NCBI GenBank assembly: GCA_054600435.1
Contig: BAAIJX010000015.1
Coordinates: 124,001-188,000 of the forward strand
Direction: 5' to 3'
Length of the DNA stretch: 64,000 nt
Origin: Neophaeotheca triangularis
Taxonomy: Eukaryota
Shown here: positions 33,830-47,033 of the stretch, piece by piece
Position numbering within the stretch: the first letter of the stretch is position 1
How the letters are laid out: the number at the start of each line of letters is the position of its first letter
Notes under the pieces: model-generated
Database searches by the model: none
Told to the model about the DNA's origin: nothing
Seen by the model: the letters and a program-made list of their open reading frames with translations, nothing else
Program-made: the position numbers and the translations under genes

Positions 33830-35836
33830 ATGAGCGACACACCTGCGCGCGTCACCAGATCTCGCTCTCGCCAGCATACACCATTACCAGCAATACCGGC
33901 GCGTCAATCCCTCGCGTATGGCTCCTCGGGCAGGACCGAAATTCGAGGCCAGATGGCTAAGCCAGGAACGAGCCTTGCGGCAGCCTTCGAAGCGGCAAGG
34001 CGCCCGACAGCAGTTCCGGAAGCGGTAGATGAAGGCAACGACCAGGCTGAAGATGCCGCCGAGAAGACGCCCGCAGCAGTGGCGAAAGCTCCGAAGGCTG
34101 CTAAGAAGGCACCTGCTTTGGATTCAGGAGCAGCTGGACCCGCCATTGCGCCAGGAACTGCACCAGGGTTTGCACCAGGGTTTGCGCCTGGAACTGCACC
34201 CGCACCTGCGTCCGCGACTGCCCCAGATCAGCGCACTGAGACTGTCATTGGCGATGCGGCATACGTCGATCCGCAGGATGTTCTACCATCCTTCCTCCAG
34301 ATCCTCCGCGCTGTGATACTAGAAGTCCCTGGCGAGATTCTCCACGACACCTTCATTCGTTTCCCCCGATTCGTTTTCTTCCGCTGCCCCGCGTTCATCT
34401 GTCGGGCTCTTACCTTGGCCAACATCAGCTGGTTTTTCAAGAACTTTTTCCTCTTCGGCTTTATCTTCTGGATGATCACCTACATGACTTTGCCTGCCAC
34501 TGCCGATTGGGTGCGTCTTCAGTCATGGTGGCGCTTCTCTCAAGTTTCTCGGGCAGTTTGGGACCTTCCCGTGTTTGATGTGCCGCTGTTCGCAGAACAG
34601 TGGATGCAAATCAAATATCTCAACGTCACGCAGGCAATGCTGCCGCAGCACAACGTGCCCGAGCGCCAATGGGTGTTCAACACTTTCATGTTGCAAAAAC
34701 TGGAAGATCTTGAGGAAAGCGTCAGGGAGCTCCAGGGCGATGTGAAACTTCACGATCAGACGTTTGATCATCTCGATACCATCCTCCCGGTCCATATCTC
34801 TATGAGGGAAAGGATGGACACAACGCAAATTCCCGAAGATTTCTGGGCCGCCCTTGCCGATAGAATGTCGGAGGCTGACAGCCACCCGATCTGGGACGCA
34901 TTTCTCGCCGCTAACACGCAGAAGATTCGTTCGATGAGTCAAGATGCGATCAAGGACGCGCTAGACAGCGGTCAGATTGTCAACAAAGCTACATTCGCTG
35001 AAATGTTATCTGAAAACAACGGATGGATGAGGGAGCAGTACAAAGAAGAATTCGATGCAATCGCGAGGCGCAATCTCAAGTCCGTAAAGAAAATTGCCGA
35101 AAGCGAGACGAAAGCCCTCATGCAGAGATCTCCCTCCCTCTCTTTCGCTCAAAAGCAGCTCGAAACTTTGGCCAATGCAAATGAGTTGCACAACCTTCGC
35201 GAAGCGTTGCGCCATGTCAACTTTTTTTCGCGTGGAAATGGCGCCTCAATAATACCGCATCTTACTTCGCCAACTGCTGCAACAAACAACGGCTTCATGC
35301 AGAGATCGTACGCCTGGTACCAAGGCATCCCCAAGCCACACGGGCCGGCTCAGGCTCTCACACACTGGGCCGAAGCAACGGAGTGCTGGTGTGCTAGCCC
35401 TAGCCAGGATCAGAGAGGCACTGCTCAGCTCACCGTCCATCTCGGCAAGAAGGTCTTCCCTGAGCGAGTGGTGGTAGAGCACATTCCCGCGCTAGGCACC
35501 CTCAACATTGCCGCAGCTCCACGACAACTCGAGTTCTGGGCAGATGCTGGGACGGTCGAGATAGCAAGCGAGCTGCAAACCCTGATCGCGAGAGAAACGC
35601 CCCAGATAGACGACTACGAATGCGTCGGGGAACCACCAGCACCACACTTCGTCTGCATCGGGAAGGGAAAGTACGACATCCATGGCGCAAACAATGTGCA
35701 GTCGTTTCCCATGTTCGCGGACACGCAAGCGCTCGGTTTCGGTACTAAGAATGTTGCGGTCAAGGCGATTTCGAACTGGGGCTCGGATGTTACTTGCTTC
35801 TACCGTCTGCGGCTTGTTGGAGATCACATTCCGTGA
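33830..35836 (+). CDS. SUN-domain (Sad1/UNC-84) nuclear envelope protein
   Basis: Transmembrane segment, coiled coil, then VNFFSRGNGASI..LTSPT, ECWCA, VVVEHIP, APRQLEFW, SNWGSDVTCFYRLRLVG. Confidence 0.88.
   Translation: MSDTPARVTRSRSRQHTPLPAIPARQSLAYGSSGRTEIRGQMAKPGTSLAAAFEAARRPTAVPEAVDEGNDQAEDAAEKTPAAVAKAPKAAKKAPALDSGAAGPAIAPGTAPGFAPGFAPGTAPAPASATAPDQRTETVIGDAAYVDPQDVLPSFLQILRAVILEVPGEILHDTFIRFPRFVFFRCPAFICRALTLANISWFFKNFFLFGFIFWMITYMTLPATADWVRLQSWWRFSQVSRAVWDLPVFDVPLFAEQWMQIKYLNVTQAMLPQHNVPERQWVFNTFMLQKLEDLEESVRELQGDVKLHDQTFDHLDTILPVHISMRERMDTTQIPEDFWAALADRMSEADSHPIWDAFLAANTQKIRSMSQDAIKDALDSGQIVNKATFAEMLSENNGWMREQYKEEFDAIARRNLKSVKKIAESETKALMQRSPSLSFAQKQLETLANANELHNLREALRHVNFFSRGNGASIIPHLTSPTAATNNGFMQRSYAWYQGIPKPHGPAQALTHWAEATECWCASPSQDQRGTAQLTVHLGKKVFPERVVVEHIPALGTLNIAAAPRQLEFWADAGTVEIASELQTLIARETPQIDDYECVGEPPAPHFVCIGKGKYDIHGANNVQSFPMFADTQALGFGTKNVAVKAISNWGSDVTCFYRLRLVGDHIP
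34148..34201 (+). repeat. Coding 12-nt minisatellite encoding APG(T/F) repeats
   Basis: gcgccaggaact gcaccagggttt gcaccagggttt gcgcctggaact gcaccc = APGT APGF APGF APGT AP. Confidence 0.8.
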
Positions 35837-36297
35837 GCCAAAGAGTCAATGGGGGGAAGGGAATAAAGGACATCACGGCGCGAGCGCGACTACGGACACG
35901 AAAACAACCATCTTCTACAACGTCTTTGGCCTACGATGTGCCTGCGATATAGTTCTCCGGCTGGGAAGGGGTTGCAAGTGCTCGGTCACAAAGGAGCGGG
36001 CTACTACTTGATCCATCATTTCAACGGATAGTAGGGCAGCATCGGCTACCTTTTGTAGTAGTTTTCGGGGAAGGCTAACGAGCAAGCAAGAGTTGGATTA
36101 TAGTGCAATGAGACGCACTCGGCGAACGAAGTTTCTTCGGGGCCACATTGAGCACAGCGAGGCGTTTCACGGGGCGATACCCAAGGCTCAAAGCCTGTTT
36201 GTTTATTTCAAGTTAGAGAAACCCGCAAGTAGCCACGCGTTTTATTATTATTTAATCCTTCAACATGACTTCGCGCTATATCGAACAATACTTCGTC

Positions 36298-38303
36298 TCA
36301 GTGCTCTTCCCGTTTCGAACCATCATCTTGCTGCTCTTTCACCTCACCATCATCCCGCAAAAGCAGATTCTCACTAAACCGTCTATCAAACCATTCCTTG
36401 GTTTTCTCTTGGTTGTTTTGTCCCGCAATGCTCGCCCGTCTGTTCTCGAGAAACTTCTTCTGCTTCTCCGCCCACTCTTGCCTCTCCAGTTCCAAGCGCT
36501 CATAGGCCTGATCCGCCTCCTTCTGTCTGCGATCAGAGCCTCGACTGTGCGTGCGACCGCTCGACGGGCGCGTGGAAGACGGCCGCTTGCTCGAGGTCGA
36601 AGACCGGGACTTTGGAAGAACGAGCTGAAAAGCGGAACGAAGCCCCATCGCCTTTCCATTCTGGTCTCGAGAATCCGCTGTCAGGTCTATGGAGGCGTCG
36701 GAGCGGTTTTGCCCGTAGCGGTTGCTTTTCCACACGCTCTGGAAGCAGAAGCGCCACCAGCGGAAACTTCCCAGAAAGGTCCCATCGCTCCCGGAGATGT
36801 GGCGCCATGGCCTTTCGCGCCAGGAGAATACGATGACGTCCGTGCAGCCCATTAGTGTTTGGCATAGGGTGGAGAGCATTGATAGTACGAAGACGGGGTG
36901 GCTGGCGTATTCGTTCGAGTAATTTAGGCAGTGCGATATGAAGGGTATCAGCCACATGATCATGTAGACGCAAGGGTAGATGAACAGGAGGCGCAGCTGA
37001 CGTTGGATTGCTAGCCGCCGTTGCTTCAGGGCACGATTGGCGACATTGTCTCCTAAGCTGGCGCGGACATTTTGGATGTCCCGGATGGGGGCTCCGGATT
37101 CGTTGATGGTGGCAAGACCTGGGTAAGCCTCTGCTTGAGACGCAGTCTGCGATTTGCGACTTTCGATCGAGCCGACCGATCCTCGGTGGAGTGAAGAGTC
37201 GAAATTCACTGGCGCAAAATCTTCAGCCGCTATGCCAACGCCGACAGTACGGCTGCCACGCCTCGAATTCGGATTGCTGCAGCTCGTTGTCATCGGTAGC
37301 GTTTCGTTTGTCAGAGGCGCGAAAGGTGTGCTCCAGGCCGGCGCCGAAGGTCTGCGAGCGATGCTGAGTCTTGGGTTTTTGTCTGGCAGAGCCGCAGAGA
37401 CACAGAGGGACTGAGAACGGCCGGGGACATTGAATTTCTCGTCTGGCGCTACTCCTCCGTCTTCAAGTCTTTCGCTACTCCAGCCCTTCCCCGAGCCATC
37501 GGCCTCTGGATTCCGATTTTGTAGTAGCTCAGCTTGCATGTGACGTTCCACTGAGCTTTGGGCGCTCATGTCTATGCTGGTGGAGGTACTGCGGTTGTTC
37601 TCTATCCCGAAAACTTTGAATTCGCGGCCAACATGCCTGTATATTCGCAATGCCACCCATAAGATGAATAACCAAACAAAGTAGCGCGGTACCCAGGAAA
37701 GAGCGAGCCTCAACCAGTAAGGACGAATCGGCAAATAGCAAAACGAGCCTTGGGCTGCGTAGCCGTATGGTCTATTGATGAATGCCAGTGAAGCTGAGAC
37801 GTTCGGAATCAGGAACCACAAAGCGTAGACCCAGCCGCGAACTCGATATAGGCCATCGTGACCGAACATACTTTGAGGGGGAGGGAATATCTGGAGGTAC
37901 ATGTGCAGCGACATGAGGAGAATTGCGAGGTCTATGCCTACGGATTAGCAGTCTACGTTGATCCGTTCGCTCTACACGACTCACCGCAAAGCTGTAGCCC
38001 TGTGACAAGAAGATATCCGTTTGCTTGACAGTAGGCAGATTCCGTGGGTACGGTTCCAGAAGATAGCGAAACGACAGCAAAGGCCAAGTAGGTAACGTTC
38101 TTCCACAGATCACCAACGACAAGCAGCAGGATAAGGTCTCGTCGATAGTTCCGTTTCATCATCACGAACCAGTAGATAGCGAGGAGTGCGAGGCTAATGC
38201 TGAAGCTCGATGTGACACACACCATCGTTTGGACCATTCGTCTCTGGTTTTGAGCAAGTACTCTCATGCTCTTGAGAGAGTCCTGCGCCGACATGGTGGA
38301 CAT
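36298..38303 (-). CDS. Git3/Gpr1-family carbon-sensing G protein-coupled receptor; intron 37984-37932
   Basis: Hydrophobic helices, LILLLVVGDLWK, YCQANG, FCYLPIRPYWLRLALSWVPRY, long third loop, RQLRLLFIYPCVYMIMWLIPF, FSWRERPW. Confidence 0.9.
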
Positions 38304-38995
38304 CTTTGCAGGACCGCGATATGCTGTAGGACGTCGTCTCTAGTGTCGACCTTGAGAATCATATGATCAGGGCGTGTGGACCATTGAAAACAGTACAGAA
38401 GAGCCAACAACCGACACCTACTCAAAAGCAGTCAGTTGCCTATCCCTGGCTTCAAGGGCGCGGCTAAGAACCGCGTAACCAGCGAGGCGCACGACTATAA
38501 TAATAATGGCATTCTTCATGCCACCCCCGTTGCTATCATCTTAAAGGCCTGGCCATACTGTTCTGCGAAGGGGTTGCATTCTGAAGTTGAACTGCGTCTG
38601 CAACGTTGCGTTACGATGACTTTGAAGGCAAGACGAGATGGCAGCTCGGGGATAAATGGGCTCCATATAGTCTTCGTTGCTGTCAAATTGACTTTACATA
38701 CTTTGACATGACGATATTTCATGAGGTGGACTGAGGGTACCTAGGTACGAGCGTGGAACGGCTGCTTCCTCGAGCAACCAGACTTCACCTTTGCGGAAAT
38801 GACCGGAGCCGTAGAATAGCCGGAATGCAACCATCTGTCGCGAACCACAACACTGAGCTGGGTGGAATGTAGATCCCATGAATCCGACGTTCGTGTTCGT
38901 CTTCGATTTTGCGGGGATGTTGCATGCTTCGACGGGCGACCGTAAGTACCATCATTACTGAGTACCCTTTGCCATCGGCTGTGATACTTTCAATC

Positions 38996-39827
38996 TCAAT
39001 CAAGTGATTCAGAGAGCACAATGAGACTGAATCTTAGCTCTCCACCACCGACTTCGCTCTCTCTTTTGAGAAACGACCTCACCCCCAAGTCGAGAGCTTT
39101 CTCGCTCAGAACATCGTCTCCCTCTGCGAGCTGGCCTCTGTCGAGGGGTCCTTTCCGCCTGCCGTCCATCTCCCATAGATGATTCGTCGTCTCGCTTTTG
39201 ACGAAGCAAACATAATGCAAGTCGATGTCGTCTGCTGCGTCGGGAGCAGCAGTCTCGCCACCAGCTGCGGCAGCCTGGTGCGCGGTCTCGAGAGCCTGGG
39301 ATTCGTAGAGGAGATCCGCGCGGTCCGCTGGCTTGAGAGGCACGGCGTCCTTGACCAGCTTCTCCAGATCACTGCCACCCTGAATCATAGTCCTGGCCTT
39401 CCCGTTGCTGACACCGTGAAGGAGACCGATGAGGCCGCATGCATTGCCAATGGTTTGCTTGTACCACACGACTTCCTCACCTTCACCAGACCCTTCGTAT
39501 TCCTTCTTGTCCTGGTCTTCCTCGACCCTAAATCGCTCATACGTCTGGCTGACTGGAAATACCAATAGCAGAGCGTACGCCGGTCTGGGCACGAATGCGA
39601 GAAGCTCAGGCTCATCGATGCTGAAGACGTCGTGGAAGGCAAGTTTTTGAGACAGTCCGAGTTTGTGCAGAAGCGAGCTCATGACCTCTGGGTTGTTCTC
39701 TGCGCAAGTTAGATGGTATGCTGTCGCCGCTTTCTTTCTATCAATCCATACCGAGGGGGATGAAGCGTTTCTGATTGTGCGGCACATCGGGCCCTTGGGC
39801 ATCGACGTTTTGTTGGTTGGAGGCCAT
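38996..39827 (-). CDS. YUH1: Ubiquitin C-terminal hydrolase (UCH-L3/Yuh1); intron 39751-39700
   Basis: Spliced KRFIPLENNPEVM; KQTIGNACGLIGLLH, LHYVCFVK, WEMDGRRKGP. Confidence 0.94.
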
Positions 39828-40176
39828 GGTGAGGGTAACAGGTGGTTAAGGCCTGCACTTTACGCTACCAGTGGAAGAGAGGGAATGTGAAGTGTATATA
39901 TTCTAGAAGAGTGGCGTTTTGTTGCAGTCCATATGGGTACAGCACGTGCAACAGGTGTTTGGCAGCGATAAGCGATACCTGCCCCCCCCCCCACACCTTA
40001 TCGATAAGAGCTGCAGGCTGCAACGGTCCAACGTCATGAAGGTCCCGTCCCGTCTCATTCATCACAACCACCTGCACACTCTCTCGTGCAAAAAACACTC
40101 CTTCCGTATACAACACTTTCCTTTCGAAAACAAGACTCCAGTCTTCCATCCCACCGCCAGTCTTCAACTCGCCACA

Positions 40177-41337
40177 ATGTCGAACATGGCGAACAACAAC
40201 ACTCCAGCGCCGCCTGGCAACGTCCTGTCTGCAGCCTCAATCAGCCAGCACATGGCCATTTCCTTACCCCAGTCCGCAGACCCGCAACTGAGGAATACGT
40301 ACGATGCCATTGCTCTCGCAGCACACGCAACCATGTTGGCCGTCGGTTTCCGACTCGTCGGGCTGAACGAAGACCACCGCCTCGAGGCCCAGGCGAACGC
40401 AACAGAGACGCCCTCCCTGCCCGCTGAGTGGAATGCTTCTTCAGGATCTTACTCTTTCCGTTATGCGCACGTGCAGTCATCTTTGGATTACGTCTTGAAA
40501 GTCAATCGTATGGGGAACAAGGCCGTCGTAATGGGCATGGGGATAGGCGATGACCGGACATGCCAATTCGATATCACCATTCAAGACTATACTTCCCCCT
40601 CGAACCTGCCCTTGACACCAAGATCAGAGGGCAGCGATGTCGCTGAAGTGGCAAGGAAGCTTGTCGATGTCTTTATAAGTGCCGGAAGGCTGAGCGACTT
40701 TGGCAGTCTCATGCGGATCAACGTCGTTCAAAAGCTTGTGCCAAGTCTGCACAAAGAGGGCTATGAGGAGACACAAACCAGTCAGTCGAATTCTGCCTCA
40801 ACGAACAGAAGAGAGTCGCACCCTAGAAGAGATCCAGAGAGGCCAGAGCGAGACCCGCTGAGGGAGGACCGCGACCCACCCGCACGTCCACATCCGCTAC
40901 ATGATCCACTAGCGCAGGGGCCGCGCAGGCCCATGCCAGAGCCAATGCCAGGGTTCGAAGATGAGTTTGAGGCACAAAGGCCCCTCAGAGGCGGTGTACC
41001 TGGGGCTGGTGGATTTCCTCGCATCGGCGACCGCGATCTATACCCGCAAGGCTTGGGTCCCAACGATCCTATGAGAGGTGGAGTAGGGCCAGGTCTGGGA
41101 CCAATGGGTGGCATGGGAGGTGGCGGTATGCATCCAACGTTCGACGATCCCTTATTTGCCGGACAAGGTCAACGCGGAGGTGGCTACGATCCTCGCGCTC
41201 CGCCAGGTGCCAGGTTCGATCCAACGGGGCCGGGGATGGGAGGAGGACCGGGGTTGGGCGGACACCCAAGGGGAGCTGGCATGGGCGGGAGGCCTCCGAA
41301 CCCCTTCGGTGGCTTTGGCGACGGTGACTTTATCTAG
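40177..41337 (+). CDS. Proteasome regulator PI31 (PSMF1/Fub1)
   Basis: FP-domain motifs HATMLAVGFRLVGL, LPAEWN, YSFRYAH; Pro/Gly tail IGDRDLYP, GGMHPTFDDPLF, PPGARFDP, C-terminal GDFI. Confidence 0.9.
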   Translation: MSNMANNNTPAPPGNVLSAASISQHMAISLPQSADPQLRNTYDAIALAAHATMLAVGFRLVGLNEDHRLEAQANATETPSLPAEWNASSGSYSFRYAHVQSSLDYVLKVNRMGNKAVVMGMGIGDDRTCQFDITIQDYTSPSNLPLTPRSEGSDVAEVARKLVDVFISAGRLSDFGSLMRINVVQKLVPSLHKEGYEETQTSQSNSASTNRRESHPRRDPERPERDPLREDRDPPARPHPLHDPLAQGPRRPMPEPMPGFEDEFEAQRPLRGGVPGAGGFPRIGDRDLYPQGLGPNDPMRGGVGPGLGPMGGMGGGGMHPTFDDPLFAGQGQRGGGYDPRAPPGARFDPTGPGMGGGPGLGGHPRGAGMGGRPPNPFGGFGDGDFI

Positions 41338-43804
41338 GCCCAGCATCACTGGAGTCAGCATTCGGGCAACGAACTTATGAAGCTTACGCGGATGGTTTCT
41401 TGCAAAAGTGTGGCATCAGCGATTCCGAGGTACTGCGAGTTAGATAAACAACGAGGAGCGATTTATGTACTTGTAACCATTACGCAAAGCATTCCGTCGG
41501 TCGACAGCCATCTTTGCAAGTACGATTTATCTGCTAGGGCCCAGGGTGCCTTCGAAGTATAAGGTACCTGAGGTACATATATCTTATTAGTGCTCAGGGG
41601 CACCGGGCTGCCGTTGCGACCGATAAGCGCGCGCCAAGCCCCATTAGCGCAGGGGCGGCAGCGCGCTTAACCCGACCTCTGACGACTTCCAACAATCCGA
41701 ACTTCAGCCTCCCGCCAACACCAAGCTGGAGATCCATGGATGCTGCTTTCCGAGCCCGCATCCCCCCGATCTCCTCCTACAGCATCCTACAGGCTATAGC
41801 ATTGCGGGACGACAAGGGTGGGCACCGTGATTGACGCTGGTGGCATCTATGTCAATCGTGTGGACTCGCGCCTCGTTTCTCCCGATTTTGCTAGAGCTTA
41901 TGGGACTATATCACTTCCGTCAGCTACCAACAAAGACACTGAATCCTTCCGTTGGGACTGTTGCTAGGATCCCGCTACCAGGCACCAACACAGATAAGAC
42001 TTAATGTCGCTCGATGTACCTGCTCGCGGGACGCGGGCTTCACCGCCCCTGGCGCCTCACGAGTCACTGGTGCTCTATTAGGCATCTTTCTACCTGCCCT
42101 TGCGCTATTCGTGAACCGCTACCCAAAAAACGCCGGCTCCGGGAAGTCGTTTCTTTTCCTAGCCAGAAGTGCCGGCTTCCGCCTGTCAGAGATGGATCTC
42201 AAGGTAGGTCCGTGGGATGTCCTCGTGGAAACGAGAAAGCTGAAGCGCGTACGCCCATCTCGACGAACGCGATTTCGAACAGACGATGATGAGGAATACC
42301 TACTACTAGCCCTCATCCTGCCGCACCAATGCTAAACGGCATTCCTACATAGATTGCTCGCTCAAATCTCGGCCGGCTTGTACTCAAGTCTCACGAACTT
42401 GTAGGGAAGGTGCGGTACGTACCTCATTGGTTTGATCGCTTGCAAGCTGGCAGACAAGCCCTAGATGCTTTTGCGTGAATGTAGGTGTCCATCGGATCGA
42501 GACTTCCCGAGCTTGGTATGGTGCCCACCCTGTTGAGTTCAGACATGGTGAACTTGTTGGCAAAATCACTTCTAGGAACGTGCTTTCTCCTTTGCTAGCG
42601 ACACTGAGCCCATCGAAAACTACTTTCAATGACAGGGCATGGGAATTACAGCGGTCTCACTACCTACGTTTATGTGCGAGCAAGCTTCACCGGGCGGATC
42701 TTCCTTGAGCTAATGAGCTAAACCCTCCACTTCAACCTCTGCGGTCGACCAGAATCTTCGACTAAGCCGCGCCGAACCCTCTCCGGCCAAGGATATGTAC
42801 GGAATGTTGGTTCCCCACCAACGGCAAAAGGTTCATTGGTCGGCGAGCCGCGTGCTGTTTTGACGACATGCGGACGATCTCACCCAGATAGCGTGACCAA
42901 AAGGGCTTTTCAACGCATCATAACCACGGTTGGTTTCAACGAAACAGGTTCTCAGTCATACACATTACGACGTCAACTTGCGAACTGCCTGTATGGGAAG
43001 CAACTAGTCAGCGGCTGCTCGCGACAAAATATCCTCGATCTCACTCGGAAACATCTCCGACAGAGCGCGCGGACAGAAGACGGTAGTATCAAACGGATGG
43101 GCCACCTTCGCCTTGTCAACCCCACAGCATTAACAAGCGGGGCATAAACAATCCGTGCTAAAAACAAGACTACTGCATGCCCAGGGGAGCAAGCCCCTCT
43201 AGTCATGTTCGCAATAACCCATGGACGCTTGTGGCGCCGCTAAAGTGTTGGTCATGGCTAAGGGCGATTGCGGATGGGCGGAAGGTTCCAGGGGCTTGGG
43301 TCGATGCCAAGCAAACCTCAATCCGTGGAGCTGTCGGCCGTCGCTGATTCGATCATAGATGTTGAGGGAGCTTGCTGTACATTATTATTGAGATGGACCT
43401 CGAGATGCCACTACTTACGCTATCGCTGCACCCTGCATTAAGGCTGCTCTCTGGACCGAGGGAGGCGTTCACCGGTCATGCGAACTACTTTATGCCACTG
43501 TTGGACGCACGGATTCGGTCACTTTATTCCGGCGTGATCACCAAAGCCCTGGCCAGTCTCTTTGGGTGTTGAGTTGTGCCTTCTGCTTTTGGGTCGCTGC
43601 CCATTTTTACCATCTGTTGCTGCGCGCCTTCCATGACTTAGACACTCCTGGACACGGTTTCGTAGCTTGGGCCATCGAACAAGCAAGACTCGAAGAATGA
43701 AGACATTACCGGGCACCGCTTGAAAGCACACCCGGTCGCACCTGCCAATAGTCACCATCTTCGATCCCTCCTTATGAATTCTGAGGTCGTTCGTGAGACT
43801 GACG

Positions 43805-45076
43805 ATGGATTTTCCTAACGCGCCAGTCCGGCAATCTTTGCGTCTCAATTCGTATCACTTTGGCAGCAGCGATCCGAACCCTTCAGCTGGAAGCGCAGGC
43901 TTGACCGCCGAAGACCGGTCCTCCAACAATTTGACGCCAGGATACCACGAACAACAGGCATTTGGGTGGGACTCGAACCAGGTACCTCCGCGTTTGCAGG
44001 CAAACGGTTACGACCAGTGGTCAAACAACGTGATGTTGCGATCGCCGTCGACACTGTACTATAGGCCTTTACCAGCTCAGCCCCCTTATGAGATGCATCC
44101 TCAGACTAGCTATGCGTCATGGCACTACGATTGCGGTCCGCCTTCGACGAATATGCCGGACTCGGTCTGGGGAATCCAGCAAGCAAGTGCGATCGGAGAA
44201 GGATATTCGGCGCCTGATCGATCAGACTACACCGCTACATCGCGTGTATCACCGGCTTTGACATCGCGTGCTGTACCGGGCAGCTATGCGCCAGCACTTC
44301 AGAATCCTCCCGTCAAGCTGGAAGACGCGCCAGAATGGTTTCCGATGGACCAATATCCAGATTATACTTCCGGCCCCACGTCAAGGTCTTCGATACCTAT
44401 CACGAACGGAGTAAATCCTGGTGATCTCGTAACACAAGCGTCGGATTTCGATCATCACTCTACGCCATTGACGCCCGCGGCCTCAGAAGCAGTCTCCGAA
44501 GACGTCAAGCCCATCGTCAAACGTGAACCACGGTCTATCCCTCGCAAAGCGGCCAATTTCGAAGATTTCCTATCCGAAAATGGCGAAGAGCGTCAGAAGC
44601 GTGAATACACCAAGCCTGAGAATGCCAGTTGTGCGTGCGAGCAATGCGGGAAGTTGTTCCAGCGCAGCTACAATCTCAAAGCACATATGGAGACCCACGA
44701 CCCCCATCGGGGCCATCCGCACGTTTGCACTTGGTCTAGCTGTAGCAGGCGCTTTGTCCGCCGAACGGATCTTCTCCGACATGAGCAAAGCGTAAGTTTG
44801 GCTGAGCCCCACGACGTGCCCGAAATTGACTTTTGACAGGTACATGTACGAGCCCGGGAGCATGTTTGTCACCTATGTGGCAGTGCGTTCGCCCGTAAGG
44901 ATACTCTTCGAAGGTACATTGTTCGGTGATTCTTCTGCTGCCTCGAACAGCACTAACGTCGCATCAGGCACGTTGATGATGGATGTCCGAGGCGCCCCGA
45001 AGTGAGGAAACGAGCTGCAAGATCTCGACGAGATTCCGGCGCATCGAGTAGCATACAATCGCCTTTTTCGGCGTAG
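43805..45076 (+). CDS. C2H2 zinc-finger transcription factor (three fingers); introns 44792-44839, 44914-44967
   Basis: CEQCGKLFQRSYNLKAHMETH; CTWSSCSRRFVRRTDLLRHEQS|VH; CHLCGSAFARKDTLRR|HVDDGC. Confidence 0.9.
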
Positions 45077-47033
45077 AGGTTGTTCTTCCCCCCGGTGCCT
45101 TCGTTTGGCCACAATTCCTCCGGCGCGAGACGACCACCAAATGGGGCCCAGATAAAGGCCCTGGAAGCAAGGGGCAGCGCTGTTGGACAAATTATCGACC
45201 ACCTTGAGGCTATGGCTAGACCGATACGTCTGATAACGCCGCCGTTGCGAACGGCTCCACGTGACGCGGAAACTCGCGCTTCAAGCGGTATGCACAGACT
45301 GCACAATACGGCGCCGAGCAAGGCAACCTCAGCATTCATGACACGGGATGACGGAGTATTTGTCGTTAATTCGACTTGGAAGAACATTTGCTGAGACTGC
45401 GCAATCTACTTTCCGCCCTCGTTACCATTTCCTCGGTTCGACCAGGACGAGAGGCCAAACTCCAGGCTCATTTCAGCACCACATGATATCGCCGCAGTCA
45501 CGCGGCTTACCACGTCACCGGTCCGTCCCACTTCTGGACTCTTTACGTTGGCTAGGAGTTTAGAGGCTATGAGAGGTGACGTTGGATGGTTGGGTGGGAA
45601 CATCTGGTCCCAAACCTTTAGGCCCGAGATCCCCATGCTGGGGTCCTCGGGCTTGGCCCGAGCATGTTTTATCATTACTGCAAGCGCCTCCAAGCAATCA
45701 ACTCCAGTCTCCACCGCGGATTCGCAAGCGCTGCCGGCCTGCCGCGATATTGATGAGACCGACTGTCACTCCCTGTAGACTACCTAACTATACCCAGGCA
45801 ATTTTCGTTGTGCAGATGCTCCGGCACTTTGAAGCAGCATAAAACCACGGCCGCGCCCTAGTAGTCCCTGCATGAGTAGTAGTTGGAACTGATGAGCACG
45901 TAACAATAACAATAATAGTGTGACCTCGCGTATGAGGTGCTTACTGTTTAATATATGACCTCGCGTACGGGGTGCTAACTGTTTGAAATCCTCCATTGGC
46001 CCAATAGTGAACCAATCAGAACATGGTGCTGCTACCTCCTACCAACATGTAGAAGATAAACGCCCCCAACGACACAAAAACGAGGAACGTCAGCATTGTA
46101 TACCCGAGAAAGTACTGTACCTCCTAGCAGTCCGAGGTTCGTGAGACGCAGCGATCAACAATGCGAGAACGCGAAGCCGGCCTCATAAAACCCACGAATC
46201 ACACGAGAAGAAAAGAACACTGCGCGCGCAGTTGGAAGCAAGCGAGACGAACAGCCCGCTCGCTCTCCTTAGCCACGGAAGATAACTACCTTGGTCGCCG
46301 AGCAGACAAACACTAAAGTGGCGCAGTAGATGGTAGTGAACTAACGTTAATGAATAGTCGCTTAACTTGTTCAAAGACAACTCGGGCATTTCACATGGGA
46401 TTTCGGGTCAAAAAGGCATGGGCTTCTCTTTTGTCCCTACACGCTGGAACCGAAGCAGTCTTGGGAGATTGTCATGGCGCTGCCTCTAGGGCTGCTATCG
46501 TGATTGTGATCATATCGCTACGAGGAAATGTCAGGCAGCCCGGTCCTCCTTCTTACGCGGTTTTTAGTCCATCGTCAACCAAACTCTGACCCTAAGTCGT
46601 TGTGAAACAGAAAGAGGCTGCTCCGGTGTAACGTGTACCGAAGTAGTCAGTGATGGAGGGAAACAGTGCAACGGTCAAGAAGCACTAAGCACTTCATTAT
46701 ATCAATTCGATCGGGTATCGGCTTGTGAAGGGGCCATTATCAGCCCATTGAGCGGGTGAAGCAACCAGACCAAGGCCAACAACCACGTGTATATGAAAGA
46801 GCTTCAGCAACATCTTTTCAAATGTATTATTGTACACTAGAGTAGCGTCGGCGAGAAATACCACCTTATGCAAATTGTTGGCACAACAGGCAGCAGAGCC
46901 TCTATTTCACCATGCCATGCTACCGGAGAAGTGCATGCTCAATGGACGCCAGCGCTGCGCCCTGCCAACGATCGATTTTCGTTGCTCAATTCACTCAATC
47001 GAGAGACCCTTCTTGCGCATTCCAGCCTCGAGC

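Noticed and set aside
39919..40176. 86-aa N-terminal extension of the PI31 ORF
   Set aside because: Starts at TTG inside the bidirectional promoter; no ATG support at that start.
41737..42335. Fragments resembling a protease motif (VIDAGG) and a P-loop (AGSGKS) upstream of the TF
   Set aside because: Short isolated motifs in different frames, with no LTR/TIR or surrounding domain context.
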